Shown in pieces: positions 33,801-41,719 of a stretch of DNA of 64,000 nt. The translations under genes and the position numbers were made by a program. The stretch comes from Gammaproteobacteria bacterium (lineage in GTDB: Bacteria > Pseudomonadota > Gammaproteobacteria > Eutrophobiales > Eutrophobiaceae). Each line of letters begins with the position of its first letter. The stretch's first letter is position 1. Below the pieces are notes generated by a model. That model was not told where the DNA came from, did not search any database, and saw only the letters and a program-made list of their open reading frames with translations. Where the stretch lies: positions 160,001 through 224,000 of the forward strand of contig OZ250183.1 in assembly GCA_965238225.1 (NCBI GenBank). Reading direction: 5' to 3'.

Positions 33801-34601
33801 GAAGTTGCTCTACAACCTTGTGGTTGGCTGGCAGCTTATTTAGGTTCAGCCCTTGCCAGTGATATCGATTTATCCTTCAGGAATTTGGGAGGCAATGGTA
33901 AGCAGCTACTTGCTGTGACTCCGACAACTGGCACTCTATCCACCCAAGTCAAGATTACCAATGTTTCAAAATCAGGAGGCATGATCATTCAAAATTACGA
34001 CATAAAAATACGCTGTGATGATAGCGTTGTTTATAAGGGTGATACCTATTTTGGGTTTTTCTCCAAGCAATCTCTGGCTGAACAAGTGGGCATCAGGGAA
34101 GCTCAACCCTATGAGCCTGATAGCGCTTCCTGTGCGCGAGGAATATCCTTCCCATACCCGAAGTCTGCTCCCTACCCAGACGCTATGATGCGCATGGTAA
34201 GTGATGTGACTTTGTTTGATCCGCAAGGTGGGCCAAATGGACTGGGCTTTATTCGCGGAATAACGCAGGTAAATCCAAACGCGTGGTTTTTTAAGGCGCA
34301 TTTTTATGAAGACCCTGTTTGGCCTGGTTCTTTAGGACTTGAATCTCTTATACAGCTTTTAAAAGTTGTCGCTGTAGAAAAATGGAATCTGGCAAAGTGC
34401 GATTTTGAAGTCATGGCACTAGGGGAAACCCACCGCTGGATATATCGTGGACAAATCATTCCGAAAGATGAGCAAGTAACGGTTGAGGCCGTAATCACTG
34501 AGGTAGATTCTAACAGAAGACTTGTCCGTGCTGATGGATTTTTGACTGTGGATGGCAGAATTATCTATCAAATGAACGACTTTGCGCTGCGAATCGCTTA
34601 G
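27840..34601 (+). CDS. pfaC: PUFA synthase PfaBC fusion: KS-CLF-AT-DH(FabA-like) domains
   Basis: Active KS (DAACASS, ECHGTGT, NIGHLL); second KS lacking the Cys (SSEESS, chain-length factor); PfaB-type AT GYSLG; FabA-like DH motifs WFLTCHFLDDEVMPG and FFKAHFYEDPVWPG. Confidence 0.92.
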   Translation: MQRVAIVGIGGLFPRASSAKDSTQTEDHLKTFWKDIQAGLDCSREVPEGRWCIKKEDAWSAELTIDKVNSIRGCFLNPFQLDPTGLDLDEDILAKLDPMFHILLHAGRQAWQDANQERENNKLNKKRVGIIIGNIVLPTDSSSMLADETLGAVFESQLLGNKREGNDKTEPLNRYVAGLPAGVLAKALGFGGGAYTLDAACASSLYALKYATEELIAGRADAMLTGGLSRPDCLYTQMGFSALGAISKTGHCSPFDHKGDGLVVGEGAGILVLKRLEDALRDEDHIYATIAGIGLSNDTGGNLMSPDSEGQLRAMRDAYHQANWSPEDVDLIECHGTGTPIGDAEEIKSLKSLWACVPTNQQNCVIGSVKSNIGHLLTAAGSAGLIKVLLAMKHQQFPPTANFENTPEKIDLSGSPFSILSEAKIWKKRTEQTPRRAAVSAFGFGGTNAHVLLEEWHKTKAIKTSNVAESKPDIAIVGMEAQFGPWKSLTAFKKRLFTNEQNFDAKLPKHWWGIDNPEQIKGWFIDEVNVPLGRYRIPPAELKEILPQQLLMLEVAANALEDAGIKDISKEKSNAAGVFIGIGLDLNTTNFHFRWSLLNLAKTWASKLGLKLTDKELNKWTQSLRDIASPALNANRTMGALGGIVASRIARAFRFGGSSFTVSSEESSGLRALEMGVRALQRGELNTVIVGAVDLAGDVRAALAQHKHRAYSEDTLIGEGAAAFILKRLDDAIDSGDRIYSVIKGIGSANGGGADLIFPTETAYQQSFNNACEDAKTDLKKISLVETHSSGLKQEDAMETMALNTLFGEQEVNHYNAFLVLDNIKTKIGHAGAACGLAAVAKTSLALYYKQLVYHGKVQYWLRDKIDGPRQTAVSVFSVDGNCMHTILEEAAQHSGTDIIKTNEILFAFYAETKKGLFEKIQQLKLLEETAQDIHSLAKHWWLSNLNNKDNKEKKFTAAIIINNNRLVEKLNKLQISIKENKSISAHGVYFSAQPLGEKGKLAFVYPGSGNHFHGMGRDLGQKWPQILNRLDDENDALASQFAKGRFWLPETNLPLSSEDAILSQVWLGTFVSDIVSQFNISANAIIGYSLGETVGLFSTRTWTDRDEMLRRVYATDLFTDTLAGSCNSVRKTWKLKDSETVNWITGVIDQTTDKVKKTLANYPRAYLLITNTPHECVIGGDKDSVFELVKELKCNFHRLYAVPTVHCKVSEPVKKPYRDLHLFKTKPPKNIWFYSGILGKAYNVTRDSAANSIAEQATQPFDYTKVIQSAYEDGVRLFIEMGPGATCSRMIDQILKGKPHVAKAICVKDQNSVANVIHCLGLLISEGIVVDLHALYQTKENQTATKTPCITVKTGSYGFNMPPFLQQNIHNNKNNHVIFNKKQSVEDVKITEINNIHLLQPVIKQMQLTEKAKAKTQEAFLRTSNSLTETLDQALKMQMTLLQNTPLHSTLIEPTQFKKATTETVDKNCLFDRDQCMEIAIGSIGKVLGVEFAEIDQHPKRVRLPNEPLMLVDRIMEINGVPASLAINPLTSGSIITEHDILTDGWYLDGGRIPTCIAVEAGQADLFLSGYLGIDHIIKGQAVYRLLDAKITFHGSLPRPSEVIRYDIRIDQFFKQNETYLFRFNFEGTVNGRRLLTMTEGCAGFFTQAELDAGKGIVKTEMEKRPQRGQVPDSWQQLVPMATESYNDQQLNALRKGNLGECFGENFLNLPLNRAVGLPGGRMTLVHRILKLDPVAGRFGIGQITGEADIHPDDWFLTCHFLDDEVMPGTLMYECCLHTLRVYLMRMGWVGEQDEVVYEPIIEETSQLKCRGQVIESTKKVQYEITLKEIGYKDNNGTPYVLADALMSADGKPIVQINNMSMQLSGLNKQKIENIWQSKSASQVKNTKNYSKGKTILFDFDSIYAFANGKPSDAFGDRYKIFDEKRKIARLPRPPYQFIDRITSIKNCQAWTLKAGGIIDAEYDVPEDEWYFKEDRQARMPFAILLEVALQPCGWLAAYLGSALASDIDLSFRNLGGNGKQLLAVTPTTGTLSTQVKITNVSKSGGMIIQNYDIKIRCDDSVVYKGDTYFGFFSKQSLAEQVGIREAQPYEPDSASCARGISFPYPKSAPYPDAMMRMVSDVTLFDPQGGPNGLGFIRGITQVNPNAWFFKAHFYEDPVWPGSLGLESLIQLLKVVAVEKWNLAKCDFEVMALGETHRWIYRGQIIPKDEQVTVEAVITEVDSNRRLVRADGFLTVDGRIIYQMNDFALRIA

Positions 34602-34624
34602 AATGAGCCAAAAGGACTAACTTT

Positions 34625-35824
34625 ATGAGATATTCCCGTGTACATATGGAGTCTATCGGTTACGAATTGCCGCCTGTGGTGGTAACTTCTGACGATCTTG
34701 AATCCAAGCTTGCGCCCATGTATGACGCGTTACACATTGCCCCGGGTCAACTGGAGGCGCTCACTGGCATCACGGAAAGACGCTGGTGGGAAGAAGGCCA
34801 TAGACTGTCTGATGGTGCTGCCGTTGCTTCCCGTAAGGCTCTGGATCAATCCAATGTCAAGGCAGAGGATATAGAAACGCTGATTTACACTGGTGTTTGC
34901 AGGGAAAATTTTGAACCAGCCACAGCTTGTGCTGTAGCTGCACAGCTAGGCATTAAAGATGATGCCAATATTTACGATATTTCCAATGCCTGTCTTGGTG
35001 TGCTAAATGGCATTATTGATATCGCCAACCGTATTGAATTAAAGCAAATCCGTGCTGGCATGGTGGTTTCCTGTGAGACATCACGAGAAATCGTTGAAAT
35101 AATGATTGAACGTATGCTGCAAAATAAAACCATGGACATGTTCAGTCGATCTTTGGCTACATTGACAGGCGGCTCTGGCGCAGCAGCGGTGTTGCTCACT
35201 GATGGATCGTTCGATAATGATCAAACTCATAAATTACTGGGTGCTGCCAATCAGTCCGCACCGGAACATCATAAGCTTTGCCGCTGGGGCACAATGCTAT
35301 CTCCTGTTGCCTTGAGCGAATTCATATTTTCTCCGGATAAATTACTTTCTGCCATTGATCAAATCATGGAACCAGAAGTTTTACCGAGCGCAGTAAAGAA
35401 AATCATGAATAGTGACAAAATTCCACCATCACTTGCCAACATAATGCCTACCCAGAAATTACCCGATGCCCTTTCAGAGTTCATGTCCACGGACTCTGTT
35501 GCCGTGCTTACACATGGTGCCAAGCTTGGTGTAAAAACTTGGGGTTCGTTCCTAACGAAGATGGGCTGGGCAAAAAATCAGGTAGACAAGGTGATTTGTC
35601 ATCAGGTTGGTGAAGGTCACAGAGACACTATATTAAGAGAATTGGGCATTGATCCAGCAAAAGATTTTAGTACTTATAAATACCTCGGCAACATTGGCAC
35701 AGTGTCAGTACCGCTTACTGCTGCAATTGCAAAACAACGTCAATTTCTAAAACCTGATGATCGCGTCAGCTTCATGGGTATTGGTAGCGGCCTCAATTGT
35801 ATGATGCTTGGCTGGAAATGGTAG
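34625..35824 (+). CDS. oleA: OleA acyl-CoA condensing thiolase (head-to-head Claisen condensation)
   Basis: VCRENFEPATA (catalytic Glu), NACLG (Cys), CHQVG (His), GNIG, GIGSGLNC; first of four ole genes. Confidence 0.92.
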   Translation: MRYSRVHMESIGYELPPVVVTSDDLESKLAPMYDALHIAPGQLEALTGITERRWWEEGHRLSDGAAVASRKALDQSNVKAEDIETLIYTGVCRENFEPATACAVAAQLGIKDDANIYDISNACLGVLNGIIDIANRIELKQIRAGMVVSCETSREIVEIMIERMLQNKTMDMFSRSLATLTGGSGAAAVLLTDGSFDNDQTHKLLGAANQSAPEHHKLCRWGTMLSPVALSEFIFSPDKLLSAIDQIMEPEVLPSAVKKIMNSDKIPPSLANIMPTQKLPDALSEFMSTDSVAVLTHGAKLGVKTWGSFLTKMGWAKNQVDKVICHQVGEGHRDTILRELGIDPAKDFSTYKYLGNIGTVSVPLTAAIAKQRQFLKPDDRVSFMGIGSGLNCMMLGWKW

Positions 35825-35884
35825 AATATTACCCGCGACACACACTCCGTTTCATCATTAAATCCGTATCGAACACTTTAGTAA

Positions 35885-36775
35885 ATGAATTACCCTGATT
35901 ATTCATTTGATCATCATTACCATTATATAAAAAATTTGCGTCTGCATTATCTGCATGAGGATCAAAATAACGAAAGTGCCGAGACAGTTGTCATGATACA
36001 TGGCAATCCGAGCTGGTCTTTCTTTTACAGAAAATTGGTGATCGCTTTACGGAATAATTACCGTTGCATCGTACCGGATCATATTGGCATGGGGCTGTCT
36101 GATAAACCGGATGATAAAACCTATGATTTCACACTGAATCAACGTGCTGATGATCTAGAATCATTATTGGATCATTTAAATATCACAAACAGCATCACGC
36201 TGGTGTTGCACGACTGGGGCGGTATGATCGGGATGGCATATGCCACACGTTATCCAGAAAGGATAAAGCGACTTATCATATTAAATACCTCGGCCTTTCA
36301 CCTGCCGAAAGATAAATCTGTCCCCTGGCAATTAAAACTCAGCCGTATTCCTATAATTGGAATCATCCTTAACCAAGGGTTTAATATTTTTGCGCGCAAT
36401 GCCGTTAAACAATGTGTCACACGCACAACCATGTCGCCTGAAGTTGCTGCGGCCTATCTTGCGCCCTACAATAATTGGTCACATAGACGTGCTATTCAAA
36501 AATTTATACTTGATATTCCGTTGCAACCAGGTAGCGCCACTTATGAAACAGTCGAGAGAATTGATAAAGCTACTGAAAAACTTTCAGAAATTCCTATGTT
36601 GATCTGCTGGGGAATGAAGGATTTTGTTTTCGATCATCATTTTCTCGAAGAATGGACAAAGCGTTTTCCCGATGCCGAGCTTTACCGCTTTGAAGATGCT
36701 GGACATTATATCCTTGAAGATGCCCCTGAGGATATTATTCATTTAATACAACAATTTCTTCGCGCGCACCCTTAA
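35885..36775 (+). CDS. oleB: OleB beta-lactone decarboxylase (alpha/beta hydrolase, HLD-like)
   Basis: HGNPSWSF, PDHIGMGLSDKP, LHDWGG nucleophile elbow, WGMKDFVF, AGHYILED. Confidence 0.92.
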   Translation: MNYPDYSFDHHYHYIKNLRLHYLHEDQNNESAETVVMIHGNPSWSFFYRKLVIALRNNYRCIVPDHIGMGLSDKPDDKTYDFTLNQRADDLESLLDHLNITNSITLVLHDWGGMIGMAYATRYPERIKRLIILNTSAFHLPKDKSVPWQLKLSRIPIIGIILNQGFNIFARNAVKQCVTRTTMSPEVAAAYLAPYNNWSHRRAIQKFILDIPLQPGSATYETVERIDKATEKLSEIPMLICWGMKDFVFDHHFLEEWTKRFPDAELYRFEDAGHYILEDAPEDIIHLIQQFLRAHP

Positions 36776-36781
36776 AAATAA

Positions 36782-38452
36782 ATGCATTCTGCGAATATTG
36801 CCTCGCACCTTCCTATCATTGCAAATCAGCAAGCTGATGCCTTGGCGATTGCTGAACAGAAAAGCGGACAACAATGCACTTATCGCCAACTTGATGATGC
36901 CAGCAATATTATTGCCAAAGGCTTAATGACCACAGGCATAGGTAAAGGTGTGCGTACAGTATTAATGGTGACACCCAGTATTGATTTTTTCGCATTGGTC
37001 TTTGGATTATTTAAAGTTGGCGCAGTCATGGTTGCTGTTGACCCCGGTATTGGCACAAAACAATTAGGAAAATGCCTAAATGAGGCAGAACCTGAGGCCT
37101 TTATTGGTGTCAAAAAGGCACACATTGCCAGACGAATCTTCGGATGGGCAAAAAAAACAATCAAAATTAATATTGTTGTTGATCCTAGCTTCATGCCAAA
37201 GGCTTTCTATGGTTGGCGCAGCTTAAGCCTTAAAGAACTAAAACAGGCAGGCGCTGGTAATCAAAATCCTATACCTGTATCAGTTAATACTCAAGAAAAT
37301 GATGTGGCAGCCATTTTATTTACCAGCGGCAGTACAGGCACCCCCAAAGGGGTTATCTATACGCATGCCAATTTTAATGCCCAAGTCTCTACATTAAAAA
37401 ACCTATATAACATTCAAGCAGGAGAAGTTGATTTATCCACCTTTCCTTTATTCGCCTTGTTTGGACTTGCCATGGGTACAAGCTCTATTATCCCTGATAT
37501 GGATTTCACGCGACCCGGCAGTGTCAATCCAGAAAAAATATTCTCCGCGATAGAACAATATAAAGTCACTACCATGTTTGGTTCCCCTGCCTTGCTAAAT
37601 TGTGTAGGTCTTTATGGCAAGCACAAGCAGAAAAAATTATCCAGTATGAAGCGGGTGCTTTCTGCTGGCGCGGAAGTCCCAACTAAAACCATGCAATGTT
37701 TTTCTGATATATTAAATGATGGCGTTCAGATATTCACGCCTTATGGCGCGACTGAATCATTACCTGTAAGTTCTATCGGTAGTGATGAGGTGTTGCAATC
37801 AACTTGTGAGGAAACAAAAAAAGGTAAGGGCGTTTGTGTTGGTTTGCCGCTTGAAAATATTGATCTGAAAATAATTAATATTATAGATGATGTGATCTCA
37901 AACTGGCAAGATGTTCTTATCCTTAAAGACAACGTCATTGGTGAAATCGCTGTCAAAGGACCTCAGGTAACAAAGGCTTATTATGGGCGTTCGCGCGCAA
38001 CAGAACTAGCAAAGATCATTGATCCGGCAGGCGGCTTTTATCATCGCATGGGAGATGCTGCTTATCTGGACAAACAGGGTCGCTTATGGTTTTGCGGTCG
38101 CTTGAGTCAACGCGTTATCACAAATAAAGAAACTTTATTTACTACTCCTTGTGAAGGCATCTTCAATACCCATATGAAAGTATTTCGTACTGCGCTAGTT
38201 GGTATCAATAATGATGGCAAAATCACCCCCGTAATCTGTGTTGAGCTACAACAGCTTGCTAAAAAAGCTGATAAAAAAATTATTGCGACTGAATTGTTAG
38301 AACTTGGCAGTAAGTTTGAACAAACAAAAACTATCAAACACATCTTGTTTCATCCCGCTTTCCCCGTCGATATCCGTCATAATGCAAAAATAGGTCGTGA
38401 AAAATTGTCTGTTTGGGCCAAACAAGAAATTACGAGAAAAAAGCTCATATGA
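36782..38452 (+). CDS. oleC: OleC beta-lactone synthetase (AMP-dependent ligase)
   Basis: AILFTSGSTGTPKG, STFPLFALF, TPYGATESLP, HRMGD, FPVDIRHNAKIGRE. Confidence 0.93.
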   Translation: MHSANIASHLPIIANQQADALAIAEQKSGQQCTYRQLDDASNIIAKGLMTTGIGKGVRTVLMVTPSIDFFALVFGLFKVGAVMVAVDPGIGTKQLGKCLNEAEPEAFIGVKKAHIARRIFGWAKKTIKINIVVDPSFMPKAFYGWRSLSLKELKQAGAGNQNPIPVSVNTQENDVAAILFTSGSTGTPKGVIYTHANFNAQVSTLKNLYNIQAGEVDLSTFPLFALFGLAMGTSSIIPDMDFTRPGSVNPEKIFSAIEQYKVTTMFGSPALLNCVGLYGKHKQKKLSSMKRVLSAGAEVPTKTMQCFSDILNDGVQIFTPYGATESLPVSSIGSDEVLQSTCEETKKGKGVCVGLPLENIDLKIINIIDDVISNWQDVLILKDNVIGEIAVKGPQVTKAYYGRSRATELAKIIDPAGGFYHRMGDAAYLDKQGRLWFCGRLSQRVITNKETLFTTPCEGIFNTHMKVFRTALVGINNDGKITPVICVELQQLAKKADKKIIATELLELGSKFEQTKTIKHILFHPAFPVDIRHNAKIGREKLSVWAKQEITRKKLI

Positions 38453-39438
38453 AAAAAGTACTGCTTACAGGGGGCGGAGGCTTCCTAGGATCGAGCATTG
38501 CTAAATTGCTGCTTAATAAAGATGTGTCCATCTGTAGCCTGCAAAGAAGCGACTGTCTTTACCTGAAAAAACTGGGCATAGAAACTATACGCGGCGATTT
38601 AAGCGATGAAACCACTGTCATAAATGCTGCGAAAGACTGCGACACAATATTCCATGTTGCTGCCAAGACTGGTGTTTGGGGTAATTACAAAGATTATTAC
38701 CAATGCAATGTCACGGGAACAAAAAATATTATCGCCGCCTGCAGAATGCACAATATTCAGAAATTAATTTATACCAGTTCGCCCAGCATTGTTTTTACAG
38801 GAGATGATGAAGAAAATATTAATGAGTCCGTACCTTACCCCGATTATTTCCCCACAGCCTACCAAGAGACCAAAGCGCTGGCTGAACAAATGGTGCTTAA
38901 AGCAAACGATAAATCACTGGCGACAGTAGCGCTAAGACCTCATTTAATCTGGGGTCCAGGGGATCCGCATCTAGTCCCAAGAATTATAACCCGTGCCAAG
39001 GCTGGACATTTGTGCCTGATAGGCAAACAAAATAATCTGGTAGATTCTACTTATATTGATAACGCGGCATTAGCACATATCCTTGCAGCAGAAGCTTTAG
39101 CACCTGACTGTGTTTGTGCTGGAAAGGCTTATTTTATTAGTAATGGTGAACCACTGCCGATGGCAGAATTGATTAATAAAATATTGGCTGCGGCTAAACT
39201 ACCGCCAGTAACTAAAACTATCCCAACTCGATTAGCCTACACGCTTGGCATAATATTAGAGTTTATCTACAAGAACCTTAAGCTAAAAGGTGAGCCAATA
39301 ATGACCCGCTTTGTAGCCAAACAACTTTCCTGTGCACACTGGTATGACCTGAGTGCAGCAAAAAATGATTTTTCTTATCAGGCTAAAGTTAGCGTTAACC
39401 AAGGCATGGAAATATTAAAGACATCATTAGGAAAATAG
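38449..39438 (+). CDS. oleD: OleD 2-alkyl-3-oxoalkanoate reductase (extended SDR)
   Basis: TGGGGFLG, FHVAAK, YTSSPS, YQETK (YxxxK), LRPHLIWGPGD; ATG overlaps the oleC stop. Confidence 0.92.
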   Translation: MKKVLLTGGGGFLGSSIAKLLLNKDVSICSLQRSDCLYLKKLGIETIRGDLSDETTVINAAKDCDTIFHVAAKTGVWGNYKDYYQCNVTGTKNIIAACRMHNIQKLIYTSSPSIVFTGDDEENINESVPYPDYFPTAYQETKALAEQMVLKANDKSLATVALRPHLIWGPGDPHLVPRIITRAKAGHLCLIGKQNNLVDSTYIDNAALAHILAAEALAPDCVCAGKAYFISNGEPLPMAELINKILAAAKLPPVTKTIPTRLAYTLGIILEFIYKNLKLKGEPIMTRFVAKQLSCAHWYDLSAAKNDFSYQAKVSVNQGMEILKTSLGK

Positions 39439-39475
39439 ATATGTCTGGTTTTTGTTTAATGAGAAATCTTTTTTC

Positions 39476-40213
39476 ATGAACAACGCTTGGCAAAATACTT
39501 GGCAAAAAACACCAGATACATTGAGCCTATACAAAGATTACGTTGATGTTTGGTTTTGCGATATAAAAAAATTATTAACTGATATTAATAATTTTTATTC
39601 CATACTTTCACAAGATGAACGTATGCGCGCAAATAAACTTAAACTTGAAGATAAAAAACAACAATACATTATTACCAGAGGATATTTACGACAACGACTT
39701 AGTTTGTTTACAAACACCAATCCAGAAGATTTTGTATTTGAATATCTCAAACATGGGAAGCCTGTTTTAATTAACCATACGCGATTTTCTGATATTACAT
39801 TCAATGTTTCTCATTCACATGATCTCGCGCTTATCGCAATTACTCAGAAACATAGCCTTGGCATCGACATAGAAAAAATTAACCATGAATCAGATCATTT
39901 GGCATTAACGACACGCTTTTTTTCACAAGCAGAGCAAAGTGAATTTAACACACTATCAGAAACGATCAGAGCAAAAGCATTTTGTGCATGTTGGACACGT
40001 AAAGAAGCGTTTATAAAAGCTATAGGTGATGGCATTTCTTATGGCTTAGATAAATTTGATGTCACTGTTTACCCGGAAATTCAGAATTCACGTATAAATC
40101 TACACAAACCAAGCTCAGAAACATGGTTTGCACAAAGCCTCCATGTCGGGGATAATTACACAGCTTGTCTGGTCAGTAACCGCAATGATATTAATATAAG
40201 ATATTGGCGTTAA
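39476..40213 (+). CDS. pfaE: Sfp-type 4'-phosphopantetheinyl transferase (PfaE role)
   Basis: HGKP, FNVSHS, LGIDIE, WTRKEAFIKAIGDG; ends the pfa-ole cluster. Start could be 39452 or 39476. Confidence 0.88.
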   Translation: MNNAWQNTWQKTPDTLSLYKDYVDVWFCDIKKLLTDINNFYSILSQDERMRANKLKLEDKKQQYIITRGYLRQRLSLFTNTNPEDFVFEYLKHGKPVLINHTRFSDITFNVSHSHDLALIAITQKHSLGIDIEKINHESDHLALTTRFFSQAEQSEFNTLSETIRAKAFCACWTRKEAFIKAIGDGISYGLDKFDVTVYPEIQNSRINLHKPSSETWFAQSLHVGDNYTACLVSNRNDINIRYWR

Positions 40214-40444
40214 TGAGATTTTATTAACCCATGGAATCAACTGTCATTTGATAGTGTGTCTGTAGCTTGTAAAATTTTAACAACTTCTTCCTCTTCTAAA
40301 GTCCAGTAAATTATGCATATTGATTCTTTATTGTATAAATACAGAAACTTAAGCTTTTTTAGTTTGACTAACAGAATCGAATCAGTTATAAAATTTGTGG
40401 TGATATAGGGCTTTATTTGTAATTAATAATTTAGGAGAATTCAC

Positions 40445-40789
40445 ATGAAAATATTAAAAAAGATACTGCTCGTTTCCTGTCTTTTAATCCCAGCACTGTT
40501 GTTTGCTGAGACAGTTAATATCAATACTGCTGATAAAGAATCTTTGATGTTACTGAAAGGCGTTGGCGAAAAACGTGCGGAGGCAATCATTGCTTATCGC
40601 GAAAAAAATGGTCTCTTCAAATCTACAGAAGAACTCACAGAAGTGAGCGGTATAGGATCATCAGTCCTAGAAAAAAACCTAGAAATCCTAGAGAACCTAG
40701 AAATTACACATGATATATCTGAAGATATGCCTGAAGGTATACCTGAAGATATTATGAAAGATATTATGAAAGATATGAATGATGGGTGA
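40445..40789 (+). CDS. comEA: ComEA-family helix-hairpin-helix DNA-binding protein
   Basis: Signal peptide, VNINTAD, LKGVGEKRAEAIIAYR, FKSTEELTEVSGIG; SD AGGAG. Confidence 0.9.
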   Translation: MKILKKILLVSCLLIPALLFAETVNINTADKESLMLLKGVGEKRAEAIIAYREKNGLFKSTEELTEVSGIGSSVLEKNLEILENLEITHDISEDMPEGIPEDIMKDIMKDMNDG

Positions 40790-40854
40790 TAATAAATAAG
40801 TTTTAGTATTTTATAGATTTTAATCTTAAAAAATTTAATCTTAATTTAAAGATG

Positions 40855-40880
40855 GCCTCCTCTAAACAGGGGGCTTTTTT
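40855..40880 (+). terminator. Rho-independent terminator after comEA
   Basis: gcctcct...agggggc hairpin followed by a T run. Confidence 0.7.
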
Positions 40881-40905
40881 ATAATTATGATTTATAAGAA
40901 TTCAC

Positions 40906-41619
40906 ATGAAAATATTAAAAAAGATACTGCTCGTTTCCTGTCTTTTAATCCCAGCACTGTTACATACACAAAATGCTTTTGCTCCGACTGCAGGGCTTTT
41001 TAATAATAGTGAAGAATTTTACTCTACTGATTATGATGTAGTAGAGTCCAATTTATTTAGTGATACCCGCCCCAGTAGTATAAGTCCAATCAGTCCAAGT
41101 AATGATGTAGCTACTGTTTTATTCAGTCCTGCTACTAATAAGGTGTTTGTTAATGGAGCTATGTTTGACAGGGATAATGCCAGTGCTGCTTTAGAATCAT
41201 TAGATAAACTATACAACCCTCCAAGTAGTCCAGAACCTATACCCACTGGAATAACTGATTGGCAATCGGTAACACCCGCTTCGTTTGGTAAATATATCAA
41301 AGGTATTAGAGAACCCGGAGGGTTAAAATTACTTGGTAAAGGATTTAAGGCTGGGGCTGAAGGATTAAAAACATTAGTAGGCAGTGGGTTACACTTTTTA
41401 GGTCGGGAAGAAACAGGGCAAGGCATAATAGACAGAGCCGTTGAGCGCATAAGAAAGGATGAGCCATACCATAGGAGGTTATCTAAGGTTGATGTTGGTA
41501 GTGATACTAATGGGGCAATAGATTGGCTTATCTATAATATTGGTCGTAAAGGCAATATATTTGATGCAATATTTTTCCGAGTGCTCAGATTTAAAAACAA
41601 AGGCATGGGCAAGATTTAG
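40906..41619 (+). CDS. Chimeric hypothetical protein: ComEA signal peptide fused to an unrelated, foreign-looking sequence
   Basis: First 19 aa identical to ComEA; the rest has no HhH motif and is rich in T/A-ending codons. Confidence 0.6.
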   Translation: MKILKKILLVSCLLIPALLHTQNAFAPTAGLFNNSEEFYSTDYDVVESNLFSDTRPSSISPISPSNDVATVLFSPATNKVFVNGAMFDRDNASAALESLDKLYNPPSSPEPIPTGITDWQSVTPASFGKYIKGIREPGGLKLLGKGFKAGAEGLKTLVGSGLHFLGREETGQGIIDRAVERIRKDEPYHRRLSKVDVGSDTNGAIDWLIYNIGRKGNIFDAIFFRVLRFKNKGMGKI

Positions 41620-41719
41620 CCAATATTCATTTGGGTATTCTCTAACGCTTACCTTGTTAGTACCATGTGCCCTACTGTATCCTTAGCGCTTTATAATAAG
41701 CCCAAGAATATTTTTACAC

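Larger units (their letters stand above)
40436..40961 (+). repeat. 65-bp direct repeat pair (40436-40500 and 40897-40961) covering the comEA start and signal peptide
   Basis: agaattcacATGaaaatattaaaaaagatactgctcgtttcctgtcttttaatcccagcactgtt occurs twice. Confidence 0.96.
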
